From: Octopus sinensis
Lineage: Eukaryota
Reading direction: 5' to 3'
DNA length: 64,000 nucleotides
Assembly (NCBI RefSeq): GCF_006345805.1
Contig: NC_043002.1
Coordinates: 74,524,001-74,588,000 of the forward strand
The position numbers and the translations under genes were made by a program. The first letter of the stretch is position 1. Each line of letters opens with the position of its first letter. The notes beneath the pieces were generated by a model. That model was not told the DNA's origin. It saw only the letters and a program-made list of their open reading frames with translations, and did no database searches. Positions 1 through 13,440 of this stretch are shown in pieces.

Positions 1-310
1 GTGTGTGTGTGTGTGTGTGAGCGAGATCGGAAAAAACATTCGAGCGAGGTCGTTGCCAGTGCTGCTGGACTGGCTCCTGCGCAGGTGGCACGTAGAAAAC
101 ACCATTTGAGCGTGGCCGTGGCCAGTACCGCCTGACTGGCCCTCGTGCCGCTGGCGTTAGGAAGGGCATACAGCTGTAGAAACTCTGCCAGATCAGATTG
201 GAGCCTGGTGCAGCCATCTGGTTCGCCAGGCCTCAGTCAAATCGTCCAACCCATGCTAGCATGGAAAGCGGACGTTAAACGATGATGATGCTGATGATGA
301 TGATGCTGAT
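1..310 (+). mobile_element. SINE/LINE-tail repeat ending in (GAT)n; minus-strand relatives at about 38610, 38815, 40430, 42505, 44445, 49065, 61490
   Basis: Shared TTAGGAAGGGCAT.CAGCTGTAGAAAC...CAACCCATGC.AGCATGGAAA..GGA.GTTAAA.GATGATGAT across copies. Confidence 0.8.
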
Positions 311-315
311 GATGA

Positions 316-359
<44 letters not shown>

Positions 360-1486
360 TGTGTGTGTGAGGGAGAGAGAGGGAGGGAGAGACAGACAGA
401 CAGACAAACAGAGACACAATAACAAACATGCACGGACACATAAACACCCACTCATAGATACATGCACACACATGCGCGCTCAAAGATACACACAAACCAG
501 TAAACACAAAGTCAATGCTATTTACGTAAATCAACCTTATTGCATCATGAAAGCTGAGAAAAATGAAGGTAAAAATACCTTCGAAATAGTTCCGTGACAG
601 GATGTGAGAAAATCATTCAAGTGTAGTGTTGGCAGAACAGCAAAATATGGTCAGTTGTTGTCACGTATGGCTGTGTATAGTCCAAATGGACTACTTTTAC
701 ATGTAAAGTTTCTAGGAAGTTCCATCTAAAACAATAACTTTCCAGAACAAAAGACTATCTCCAAGGAAATTGCATCAGGTTTTGAAAGCACAATTTGCGT
801 GTGTGTGTACGTGTTCGTGTGTGTACTTGCACACGCACACACATATATGTTCATATTTAAATATGTATATGTGTGTATGAATGTGTGTATGTATGTAAAC
901 ATACATACATACATACATACATGTTTAAACAGTAGTTAACGCCCTTTCTGCCAGCCACCCCTCATACAGTCTGAATGAATGTATTTAGAAGTTCTATTTA
1001 CGGAATACTAATTGTTTATCGTGTCAACTTCTTTTGGTCCCACGCCTGCAAACAACTCACCGCTAACTTTAAAGATATTTGCCCGCACTCTCCTACGTAC
1101 AAATGCGCATGATTGCATGCATACATGTACACACACACACCATATGTATTTTATCTGGTAATATAAATATTAAACAAATTAAGACGGCGAGCTGGCAGAA
1201 TCGTTAGCACGCTGGGCAAAATGCTTAGCAGCATTTCATCCGTTCTGAGTTCAAATCCTGTCGATGTCGGCTGTGCCGTTCATCCTTCGAGCTCGATAAA
1301 ATGAGTTTCAGTTTAGTACTGGGCTCGATTGCTGTCCTTTTGCCAAAATTTGAAACCAATATTATGCACCAAGATAAGTTTATTAAGTCTATTTAAATAC
1401 CTTGGCGACACCTGCACTCGTTCACCTAAGTTTTAATTTTCATATTATCTCGATTATAAAAAATCAAAATGCAATAAAGTCATAAA

Positions 1487-2345
1487 CAGGGTGCGGAGAA
1501 TAAACTGTCATCTAAATTACGCAAGAATGAAAAGAACACTGATATCTCATTTTAACAGATATATTTACCAAAATTACATAAAAATATCTTGAAATACTAA
1601 AGAGTAAATTTATTCAATAATATCGCCATTGGCTTCAACCACGGTCTCCAGTCGACTTCGGAATCTCCTGCAACTCTTCTGGACGGTCTCCTTGTTTAAG
1701 TTGATGAATGCTGCCATAATCCTTGCCTTCAGTTCATCTTTGGTGTAACAAGGAGTTCTGTTGGCCACTCGCTCAACTGCGCCCCACACATAATAATCAA
1801 AGGGATTGCAGTTTGGGGAGTTAGGGAGGTGATGTAGTCTCAGAAATTGTCTGATAGCCATGACAGGGTTCTCCTGCTTGTATGGCATAGTGCAGAGTCC
1901 TATTCTCAGACATAGTGTCTTCCAGCGGCCTTTTGACCCAGGGCAGCACTACATCCTCCTGGCGCTTGATGTAGACCTACGAGTTCAGTTTGAGGCCGTG
2001 TGAGAAGATGAATGGAGGTATAACGTCGCCATCACTAGTGATCACTCCAAACACCATGATGATGACTGGTTATTTGATTTTTTATCACTCTCAATATATG
2101 CACTGTCCTCAGATTGACACCCAAACACTCTGAAATGTTTGTATTGAATCTTTCGGCGCGAATGCCATGCAGTACAGCATGTTTCCAAATTTCTGGCAGA
2201 GTGAATTGCGTCATGGTGCTGTTTTTCTTACAGGCGATGCCCAACTGACCCTACGATATTGTGTAGTCGACAACATCAAAAACAAACAATGCACATGCGC
2301 GAAATTAAATATATAAAATGGCGACAATTTACCCATCGTACCCTG
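1487..2345 (-). mobile_element. Internally deleted, frameshifted Tc1/mariner (maT/DD37D-like) element
   Basis: Minus-strand remnants HIMVFGVITSDGDV.PPFIF and PNSPNCNPFDYYVWG...CRRFRSRLETVVEANGDIIE. Imperfect terminal repeats CAGGGT..CG..G.TAAA.TGTC at both ends. Confidence 0.85.
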
Positions 2346-3261
2346 TAAATGCTCATCAAATTTCTCAGAATGCAACAACTAAAACCAAAATCTCAACCTA
2401 TGAAACCATTTCTTGACCCATCGTGGAATATTTTAGCTCAGTATGGAAGCCGTATGCAGTGACAATATATACTCCACAAAATAGTACGGGTATACACCCC
2501 CAATTGAATGCTCGTTCAGAGTTATTTCAGTTTTGTCCGTCTTCTTTTTTATTAACTTCATTATCATAATTTCATTTTGAACTTAATCATTTTTAAGAAT
2601 TTATCTAGAATCTGGCAAGTACTGCTAAGCCAATGTTTCGCTGAAAAGGTCAAATAACACGGAATCAAGCCTAGACCTCCCCCTCCCCATACTTGTCAAC
2701 ACTACATTTTCCCATGCAATGTTAAATTAACTTGGATTTTGGATCACGATGAGTCAGTCGAGAGACTGGCTTCATAGTTCACTTCCTTCTCCAATTGCTG
2801 CTCCTTGTTGGATGCAAGATATTTTTCCTGAGTGTTTTCATCTGGGAAGGAGTCAAACAAAGAACGGCTTTATCAATGGAAAAGAGTTCTGATAACTTCC
2901 GCGACATCAGTTACTTCATTTCCAAACAAAGAGTTATAGTTTTTTGTGGATTCCTGTGGCGTCTTTTCTTTTTTTCTTTTCTTTTTCCCCGAGAGCAAAA
3001 AATATATAATAACATTTACAGTAGTATATATTGTATTATATAATAAATAATATTATTTATTATATCCGTTATTATTTTTACACAAAGAATCTATTTTCAT
3101 TTTATTCATTTTTCCATTTGTTTTTTTGCTCCTTCTTCGTTTTCAAAAAAGCAAATAAATAAAGTAAGAAATGGAAAAATTATTGATTTTCTTTGTTTAT
3201 TTTATAATCTATTTGTAATTTTTATGTATTACGAATTTATTGTATGTAAACACACACACAC

Positions 3262-3316
<55 letters not shown>

Positions 3317-4030
3317 TGCATGTGTGTGCATGCGTGCGCGCGCGCGTGTGTGTGTGTGTGTATATGTGTGTGCTATTTATTAATATGTATAATAAATATA
3401 TATCTACAGATTCTGAAAAGCGGTAATAATAAGAAATAATTTATATACAGATAGATGTAAATATCTTTTCTTGGTAAATAATAAATAAATAACAGCACAA
3501 AGCGTTTTGTACTTATTTAACATTGTTTCATTGTTCTTGTCTCAAAGTGCGGCAGTAATTTTTGTGTTTGTGTATGTGTGCGTACGTGCGTGCGCATGTG
3601 TATGCATAAAATTAGTCGTCCCGTTAGTTAAAACCAGGACGTCCTTGACCTCCAGTACAAAACGAAAGCGACGTAGCCGAACACAATAAATAGATGAATG
3701 CACAATTACAATATATTTCTATATAACAAATATGAAAAAGTTTTATTATACACATGCACATTACCCTCCCAATTTACAAATAAAATATCATTTTGAAAGT
3801 GTCTCTACTGCGATTAAATAAACTGAGCTTAATTACGGATTTGCAACATATTTTATAAAACTATTTAAAATTACAGTGCAAACTGAATTTTTGAAGACAT
3901 TCATTCGCTTTGTTTTCTCAAAGGATACTGATGCTGATGAAATGAATGAATCAAGAAAAAATCCTAGAGACAACAGACATTGGATGCTATCGAAAAAAAA
4001 TTTGTCCCAAAGAAATATCAATTAGATATA

Positions 4031-4400
4031 ACTAGCACTATGACCCGGCAACGCCGGGTCATAGTGCTAGTGCATGCATATGCAGCTGCGTGCGTGCGCA
4101 CATACACGCGAGTACAGTCCAAATCTCCGACCAATCACATACAGCTAGCTGGCATTCAATTGGCGTATCAAGTTTCGGGCATTTTGATTGTGTTTTGGAT
4201 AGAAAATTCACAAAAAAGTCACTTCTATTGATTTTTTTAATTGCTTTGCGGAGTGACTGGGGAAATGTAAAGATGTGCACGACCACCCTTGGACGGTTTT
4301 GAATGACCATAGAAAGTGCGAGCCCTCTAACTGAAAAATTGTGGATTTGTATAAAGGATACGCACGCAGACATTTTGCCGTTTATATATAGAGAGATATA
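4031..4400 (+). mobile_element. Putative non-autonomous Helitron-like element with a perfect 19-bp-arm palindrome at its left end
   Basis: ACTAGCACTATGACCCGGC-AAC-GCCGGGTCATAGTGCTAGT at 4031-4071. Ends in ...TTGCCGTTTATATATAGAGAGAT. The class call rests on resemblance only. Confidence 0.5.
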
Positions 4401-5389
4401 TAGTCTTCGGAAACAGTGCAATGGAATTAGAAGAAATAAATGAGGTATTATGTTTGCATACAAATTGGTATCTTTTAATTTCCATTTAAAATCTTAAAAC
4501 GGAAATGAGGATTGCCATCAGAAGCTGTGAGTAATAGACAAAATTTTATACGCAGTATAATAACTGAGTTTTTCATTGCAGTGAGGACTCGTGGCTTAGT
4601 GGTTAGGCTGTTGCACTCACAATTGCTAGATCATGGGTTCGATTCTCGGACCGGGCGTCGCGTTGTGTCCTTGAGCAAAACATTTCATTTCATGTTGCTT
4701 TAGTCCACTCAGCTGTAAATGTGCAATGTGTAAATGTAAATGCGACGGAGTAACATTCCTCGATTAGGGTAATGTTGGTCTGTTCGCCTAGCCATTGGGG
4801 GTGGCATCATTCGAAAGCTAAAACAATACAAAGAGCATTGTGACCAGTGGTGTATAACAGCATCCGATAGTCTAGTCGATCACGTGATCACATGATTTCA
4901 TTGCTAAGCCAGTTAGATTGCTTTGAGATGTTTACAGTAACGTAAGTGAGTGTGGGGGAGGGGATCTGTCACGGACGACGTTTTTACGTGGCGGCGCTTT
5001 TAGGTCCTGCTCTATAAGCCTCTATATGCGACGACAAACTGAAGGGCTACCCCGGGTGGCACACACTCTAGCTACTCCTCTAGATGTTTGCTCATATTGA
5101 TTTAATTCCAGTACATAGTTTTAGGGTTCGCATGTCCACGAAGCATGGGTTAACTGATGTGTGATAGTGAAGATTCCAGGTAATCTTGAACAGGTTGGTA
5201 AGAACTGTATTGAAAAATAACCAATTCTCAATAGTATTGATTTATTACCCGTTCAATTTTTTTTTTATACTGAGAGAAATGCAAGCAAAGAAATTCTTTT
5301 ACACATTCTACCAGATGGTAGAGATGGGTTTAACTACAATCTCGCATCGCTTTCTTTTTATCGAAGGTCAAGGACCCTGTCAAACAAAT

Positions 5390-5404
5390 TTACCATACAC
5401 GCAT

Positions 5405-5439
<35 letters not shown>

Positions 5440-5556
5440 TGTATATATTACATGTGTGTGTATGTGTGCATGTGTATGTATGCATGTGTGTGTATATAAA
5501 TATTTATATATGTAATATATGTATACATTTGTGTGCGTATATTTATACACGCATAT

Positions 5557-5633
<77 letters not shown>

Positions 5634-5859
5634 TATATACACACATATATATATATACACACATATATACACACACACATGCATACATATACTCACAAAC
5701 ACATGCATACATATACTCACACATGCATACATACACATACACATACATACATATACTCACACATATATGCATGCATATTTGTGCATGTATTCATATACGC
5801 ACACATGCATACACACGCATATATACATACATACATACATACATACATACATACATACA

Positions 5860-5890
<31 letters not shown>
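5390..5890. repeat. Compound (AC)/(AT)/(ACAT) microsatellite; similar blocks at 19470-20090 and 22746-23035 and many shorter arrays
   Basis: Directly visible. These arrays generate the spurious [12 protein letters not shown] ORFs. Confidence 0.97.
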
Positions 5891-6170
5891 GGAAACAATA
5901 GAGGCGCACTGTTAACAATTCCCATTAGAATGAAACTGTCCAGTCCGGTGTTCTAGTTTCGCTTGGCTCATGGGGCAGTTATCTACCCTATCAGTAGATG
6001 TAAATATTCTTTTACGCTCTTATAAGTGATTTAACTGCTATTTCTAGCAATACATGTCATAGTAGCACATACAGTCACAATTAGTGACGACTAAATTTTG
6101 CCTGCGCGGTTTATATTGCGCCTAGCTGTCCACATTAATTATATATACATATAAATACATACAAACTTAC

Positions 6171-6261
<91 letters not shown>

Positions 6262-6263
<2 letters not shown>

Positions 6264-7182
6264 CTACACTACCCGTGCCCCGTTGCGTCACCGGAAAAGT
6301 CTGAGTTTTCCAACAACGGAGTTTTGTTTCGTGGGTTTTTTCTTCTTTTCCATGTTATTTCGCATGCTGTCAAAGAATGTGACATCGAAATCACGCGTAA
6401 ACGGCTCCTTTCCCCAGAAAAGGAAAGATTTGGCTGCTATTTCTTGCACATCCTGCTACTACGTAACAGCTATTTCGTGTCTGTTATCGCAAATAATTGT
6501 TACGTGGTAGCAGAGCGTGCTAGAAATAACAGCCAAAACTTGGGAGGTAAGATACGTTGAATGCACTCGAGAAAAACATGTGGAAAAAATTATTTCACAC
6601 CGATGCTACGAATGGGTCTTTTACGAAATATTTACCATATTTTCAAAGTCATTTTCACATTGAAATATTTTTTAGATATGCCAAAACAATTTGTGTAATG
6701 GTATTCACTTGAAAATAATTTTTAAAAAAAAGATTAAAATATTATCTGTTTAAAGAAAGCTAAAATATAAATATTTACTGCACAAACAACTTACATTTTT
6801 GAAATCCTATTCACTTTAAAATATTTCTAAATAATTAAAATATTGTGTTTAACAAAAACGAAAATAGAAACATTTGCTGTAAAAAACAAATCGTATTTTT
6901 TCACTGTCAAGTCACTGTGTGTAATCGAAAGGTAAGTTCTTCCTTTACAGGGTTAAGTTATTTTCGGAGACTTTTACCATTATGCACTATTTTTAGAATT
7001 TATACACCGAGAACCCCTAATATCTCAATAACCAGTTGTCCGATTTACGCGAAACTTGCTTTATTCCGTTCGTATTCACATTTCGAGGGCAACTAAATTC
7101 ATAGTATTTTCCCATTATGCGCTAGTTTGGCTGGGTAATATTGCAAGCAAGCAAGATTCAAACTTACTTTTCATGTACTTTA
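6262..7182 (+). mobile_element. Putative non-autonomous Helitron-like element
   Basis: Starts TACTACACTACCCGTGCCCCGTTGCG next to (TA)n and ends CAAGCAAGCAAGATTCAAACTTACTTTTCAT, similar in layout to Lep1/DINE-type elements. Resemblance only. Confidence 0.4.
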
Positions 7183-7224
7183 TGTGTGTGTGTGTGTGTG
7201 GTGTGTGTGTGTGTGCAGCTTGAT

Positions 7225-7760
7225 CAAAAGAAGCGTTTCGCTGCAAAACCTGTTACACAAACGGTAACGACATCTAACCGTCAAAGGATTTCTGTTCGTA
7301 TTGAAAACTCTGTGCATACCTCTGCATCATATCCGGCACAGCAAACCAAACCCTCTATTATCCACAGAGGGGGGCTTCTGACTAGTCACTTGAAGACCAG
7401 GCTGGAGCAGTCATTCCAGCGATGTACACATCCATCACGTCTGCCCAACAATTCTAAGTGAGATTGTTCTCCCTGCTTGTAATCTCATTCTTGTTCCTAT
7501 CTAACCAGAACTGTGCACCGAACCAGAACCCCACCATCTCAGCAGGATCTTTGATTCGCGACACTGGCTGGTATGTTTTTGCCTCTCCAGGGACCAAGTT
7601 TGCATACAAGACCACCGATTTGATGATGTGGTTTCTCGTATTCGGAAGGTACGTTACTAATAACCTCAATTTCAATAGTGTCCGCCCAAAAACAGTGATA
7701 TCGTTCATGTATGCCGAAGCAATCGTCCCGCAATCCAGTTGGAATGGGAAGCCTATCAAC
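7225..7760 (-). mobile_element. L1/Tx1-like reverse transcriptase relic
   Basis: ASAYMNDITVFG (degenerate YADD) and VGFWFGAQFWLDRNKNEIT. Stops and frameshifts present. An inverted homologous fragment lies at about 8285-8400. Confidence 0.65.
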
Positions 7761-8843
7761 ACTTTATAATAATGATAATATTATATTGGTTTCAAATTTT
7801 GGCACAAGGCCAGAAATTTCGAGGGAGAAGGTAAGTCAATTGCATCGACCCCAGCACTCAACTGGTACTTATTTTATCGACTTCGAAAGGATGAAAGGCG
7901 ACGTCAACCTCGGCGGAATTTGAACCCAGAACGTAAAGACGGACAAAATGCCGCTAAGTATTTTTCCCGGCGTGCTAACGATTCTGCTAGCTCACCGCCT
8001 TAATGATAATAATTATGTTATGGTTTGTGATTTAGACAGAAGACCAGCAGTTTTGAAAGGGGAAGTAAGACAATACCATCGACTTACTCTCTCTTATCGT
8101 CTTTGTATTTGTATTTATCTACTCCCACCGCTTAACAACTGGTATGCTTGCATCCCCAAAACTTAACGATTCGGCAAAATAAACCGATAGAAAAGAATAC
8201 ATCGCCCACGTCATTTATTACCAGCCGAATGCCATGATTTGGCTTAGTTTTTATCAGACCAGGCTGGAACGTCTGCTCCAGCTTGGTCTGCTCCAGCTTG
8301 GTCTGCAAGGGACTACTCAGAAGCTCCCTCAGTGGATAATTGAGGGGTTGGTTTGCCGTGCCTGATATGATGCGGAGGTATGCATAGGGGTTTCGATACA
8401 AACAGAAAAACCATAAGTACTGGAGTAAGCGTGTTCGACTAAACCCTCAGGGCGGTGCACCAGCACGGCTGCAGTTCAATAACTGGATCAAGTAAAAAAA
8501 ATAAAATACACGCCTTCATTACAAATATTGGGGCCACATGTCTAGATTACAAATACTTCATTAAAAAAAACCATATATTTATTAGGATAAGAGGTGACAT
8601 AAAATATACTACGAGGTATTTAGTCAACCCCCCTATCGTTTCCGCCATCACCTCCTGCTATAATAATACTTGTCTGATTCACCTCTTGTTTTGTAAAAAA
8701 AAAAAGATTTTTTGCCTTTACTCCTCTAATAAATATATTTAAAAAAAACTATCACCATTTTTATTGTTGTCGTTGTCATCACCGTTGTTGTAATTATCGT
8801 ACCAGGAAGGTCTATTATCACCTTTACTTTATTAATCTCCTGT

Positions 8844-8884
<41 letters not shown>

Positions 8885-8929
8885 TTTTAGCAACTGCGTT
8901 CCAAAATGACAAACAAAAATCAATAAAAG

Positions 8930-9002
8930 GACCCGAAGTCTAAACGAACCGGAAGTTCTGACTGCAAGCACGTGTCCATAGCTATTGAAAGACCGGAAGT
9001 CG
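8930..9002. promoter_or_regulatory. Promoter-like cluster: two ACCGGAAGT ETS sites around a CACGTG E-box
   Basis: ACCGGAAGT at 8948-8956 and 8992-9000, near-match CCCGAAGT at 8932, CACGTG at 8969-8974. Non-repetitive and CpG-containing. Confidence 0.5.
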
Positions 9003-9126
9003 TAGATCAATCGACAGTATTGATTTTCATACTCAGAAACGTGTTTATCAGAGACTAAAGAAAGTGTTAGACAGACAGACAGACAAACGGACTGAGTGAA
9101 AGATAGATGTAGAAAATAATAAGACA

Positions 9127-9159
<33 letters not shown>

Positions 9160-9184
9160 GGTGGTGGTGGTGTGGTGGTGGTGG

Positions 9185-9216
<32 letters not shown>

Positions 9217-9819
9217 GGGAGGAGGAGGAGGGTGCTGATGATGAAAAGACAGTGAGAGAAGTAGAGTGAGCGAGAAGAAAATATTAATTCCTAAATAGAC
9301 ATACAACTTTATCTTTTGCGACAGTCCGTATACTTATATACATATATATATAAAACAATTGTATGCACCGAATAAATGACAGGAAAAAGAAAGTATTATT
9401 AATTGTTATAGCCCTTTATTTTCATCGTTTCTGTTATCCTATCTGTAGGTTGTTAAATTCATCTTTTGTTGACTGCTAGAAGACTTAGAGAGAAAAGGAG
9501 AGAGAGAAAGAATAAGAGAGTCTAGAGAAGTAAAGAGGGTAAGAGCTGAGTGGTCTCTTACGTAAAAGCTTCCCCCGTAGTTACTGAATTTATAAATGTT
9601 GGAAAGCTGGATGTAGGTCAGAGAACAATGGAAAGTAATGAGTTTATCTCTCTCGGACTGCATTCAATCTAAGAATGTTAACTTGAACAAAAGAACTTAA
9701 AGTGTGACAATTGACTCTAATAAATTTCCAAATGCTAAAGCGGAGAAACAATAGGATAGGAATTGTAGAAAAATATAGATTCAATTTCAAATCCTGGCTT
9801 GAAATTAAGAAGCTGTTCG

Positions 9820-9872
<53 letters not shown>

Positions 9873-11994
9873 CGCGCGCGTGCATATAAATATATACATA
9901 CATACACGCACACCCATGCATACATATATGTGTGGGTGTGTGTATAAAGTCTTCCTAATTCTATTTTCAGATATAAAATATTTCATCAAAAAAAGTCATT
10001 CACAAGTATTGTTATTATTATTATTATGACTAGAAGTAGCATTGATATCAAAAGATGATATTTATCCCCACTTAAAAGTGAATGTTCTGTTAGAACACAG
10101 AATACTGCGGTAATTACCATGAGAGGAACTCTCATATTGGCTTCTGGTACATATAAGCACACTTGTTTATATCGCTAGCGGGAGATGAATCCCCTTCCCC
10201 AATCGCCATCGCTGAAACTAACAGGTCACGTGATTTCGGCCTTCCCTGGCCAAGTCAGTTGTATGAGCATGTGTGTGTGTGTGAACTGTGTACACTTATA
10301 CTCAACATGTTCCTGTAGGCTCAATGGTAGAGAGACCTTCTCCTTATAGGCTATATGTGTGAAATCATGCCTAGCTAGGCTTATGAATTACGTCATTGAA
10401 TACAAGACACGTGGTTACGCTTCGTCAGATACAGACACCGAATCGGTCGTTTACAGCCCACTAAGAAAAGGTGTTTTTATATGAAAACAGCAAAAAATAT
10501 ATATTTACTGGCGATTGCTAAACTTTGTCAAGCTGGAATGAATTAATTAAAGGTACACTACCCAACGGTGATTAACTTAAAACTGCGTGCATTTGCATTT
10601 AACACGCTCGTGTACACTCAAACGTGTAAAGACCATCGCTGTAATAATTGCCTGGGAAGAGAAATTATCCTTATTGACTATATGTGAAAACACACCAAGC
10701 TGAGCTATGAATGACATTATCGAACTGTAAGGCACGTGTTTCTGGGTGCTTAAACTTCATTTCTAATGCAGACCTTGAATCAGTCATTCCTGTCACATTA
10801 AAAAGTACCGTTCGTATACGTGTGGGTGTGCATACATACATACACACACATACACAGACACCACACACACACGCACGCGTGTATGTACGTGTGTTTGCAT
10901 GTATGTATGTATGTATGTATGTATGTATGTATGTATGTATGTATATAATTATCTCTTAAAGGCTCAATACTCTACACACTTTTGCTATGCGAATGAACCA
11001 CAACATAAATCTATATCTTTCTTTATTTAATGCTTTTTTTCCCCCCAACATTTTTTTTTCTTTCTGATATTCTATTGTTAAGTTATCAGATATAAAATGC
11101 TAGATCGAGAGATACGATCATCGATAGGCCCATTAACCTCATTTTTAATATCAGAAATATAGTTCTCTAGTAAGTACAATGTAATAGAATACAATACTTA
11201 ACATAAGCGAGATACAAAGATATTAATTATATCAAAATGTATTCTAAACATATCTGATGCTTCTTCGCAAAATATCTTCTTTTCTTTATTAATGTCACCG
11301 AGAGAGCCTTTAATAGCTACATCTGCAAGAAATAGCCGCCAAATCAATCTCAAATCACAACCTACAATAGACCGAGATGGTACCACCTATATTTGCTCGC
11401 GTTTACATAGGTACATATGTATCATAGGGTCTGTGGTTCAATTCCTGGACTGGGTTACGCTTTGTGTTTATGAGCAAGACGATTCATTTCACGTTGCTTT
11501 AGTCTACTCGGCCGAAAATAGGTTCCTAGTGCTGGTACAACTAGCTGTTACATCTTCGATGTTCCATTGGGTCAAGACATGGAGAACGGTTGAGTTGGTA
11601 TCCCGGTTTGCTCACGATACATTGGCATTTAAAGCTGTTGGCGATTCTACGAAATGGGGTGTGCAGAAGAAACTAAAACGGGAACCAATTTACATGCGGT
11701 CTTTTCTTATTCTTGATTCAAATTCAAACTCTTAATCCTGTCAAATATTATAAAGAAATCCCTTGTACTATCTTTCCACTAAGGGACTCTACATGTCTGA
11801 AATATTAGTTATCACCACCATCACCACCACCACCACCATCATCATCATAATCATCATTACTAACGTTACTGAATCGCGTGTACAGCACCACCGCCAACAC
11901 CGTTACAACTGCCGCTACATCACCACTGCCATCATTACCATCATTACCATCATCACTGCTGCCAGCAGTATCATTTAATACCACAAGCTACCAA

Positions 11995-12033
<39 letters not shown>

Positions 12034-12557
12034 AACTACTACTACTGTAAGGAACACAATGGCCGACGCAACCACTAATACCATCGTCTCCAATAGCCTG
12101 CACTATTGTCATAACCACCTCCGACCAACACCTATCTACAAAACACCCCTTCCTACCAAAGAGGTTCTCATTCATTGCGTGAAACAAAGCTGAGGGGCGG
12201 AGGCGGGGGAAGGGAGTGACGTGGGGAGGAGATGAGGCGTAAGAGGAGGAGGAGGAGGGGAGGAACGTTACGAAAGAGGGGGATGGGATGTGTTAGGGAT
12301 GGTGACGGAGGAGGGGGGAGGAAATTAATGATGATAACAATGATGGCTATAATAATGGTAATAAAGAAGAAAAATACGAAAGAATAAAGACGAAGAACAA
12401 GAAAAAAATGAAAGGCATTGACAGAAGAGTAGAGAGGAAACTAAGCAGCGAAAAGACGACAGACACATTGTCCGTTTCTGATCGAAGTGAACAAACTCCG
12501 TTAAGACGAGAAAGATGTGATATGAGGAAAAATTCACTTTTATACAACTATCTAGAT

Positions 12558-12886
12558 CAGTGGTTCTCAACAGTAGTCCATGTAAGATTTTGGGGTAATC
12601 CTCGCAAGCAAAAGTAGCAAATTGGGGGATCCACTGTAGTATCTTAAAGAGTCCGTAAAAAAGTTTGCTTTAGATATATTTATTGCAAGAAACGTTCAGG
12701 TTTGGTCCTCTGAAGTTTTACATAGTTCAACCTACTTAAGTTAATGTATGAAAAGCAAAATAAGAATTTTGAAAAAAGTATCTATAAAACTAGCTTTTAA
12801 ACATCGAATGATTATGGGGTGGCGGTCCATCAGATTAAAATAATACTCGAAGGGATCCATAGGCAATAAATGGTTGAAAACCACTG
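12558..12886. mobile_element. hAT (Charlie-like) MITE
   Basis: TIRs CAGTGGTTCTCAAC / GTTGAAAACCACTG. Flanks ATCTAGAT / ACTTAGAT look like a decayed 8-bp TSD of NTCTAGAN type. Confidence 0.8.
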
Positions 12887-13074
12887 ACTTAGATGACGAT
12901 AAACTCAGAGCCTCTTAATACATGGTCAAACAGGGCAGTTGCCCCGAGGGCCCAATGGATCGAGGGCCCATTTCTGATCTATGTCTGTTGTGGCTTATGG
13001 TCTCTACGTCAGCACTATAGAACTAAGTGCATTGATTTGCCCGGGATCAGGGACAGGTACTGGGGTATGTCCTG

Positions 13075-13440
13075 TTGCAGCTTGTTGCTGCATCCCCCAT
13101 TTGTCGGTGATTCTCTACTCTTAGCGGATGATACCTTTGCACCACTCAGGTAACAACACTCCAACCCAACCTGTCCTCCAAAGTTTTCCCCATACCATGT
13201 ACCTTACAGGCAGTCGAGGTACTTCCCGGAAGAGAGAACTAGATGGGACTGTATGAGTTGTAGTTGCTGGTGAGGGTTTTTACGAGGCCTCAGTACAAAT
13301 CTTACTTCAATTTCTTTCAGTCGCCTTTTTACGAGACGTATCGGAAACGTTGGGTCAATTCTCTGGCGTGCCGGTCCCCACACAAAGCCCGAGGGAGAGG
13401 CTATACTGCTGCTACAACGGCACTGGGTAAAATAGTGGTT
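13075..13440 (-). mobile_element. Non-LTR retroelement 5' leader fragment; second, more decayed copy at about 46527-46770 (+)
   Basis: The two loci align, e.g. GGTTGGAG.GTTGTT.CCTGAGTGGTGCAAA and GGATGCAGCAACA. RTE-like affinity is inferred. Confidence 0.5.

Noticed and set aside
2752-2960. Minus-strand stretch with protein-like text (DENTQEKYLASNKEQQLEKEVNYE) and an acceptor-like site at 2841
   Set aside because: Short, closed by stops in each frame, with no recognisable homology and no partner exon.
5186-5956. Long overlapping ORFs of 100-158 aa ([12 protein letters not shown]), also at 19575-20191 and 22597-23085
   Set aside because: These are translations of dinucleotide and tetranucleotide microsatellites that lack stops by composition.
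12306-12617. Open plus-strand frame (NDDNNDGYNNGNKEEKYERIK...)
   Set aside because: Low-complexity purine-rich sequence running into a hAT MITE, with no credible splice sites or homology.
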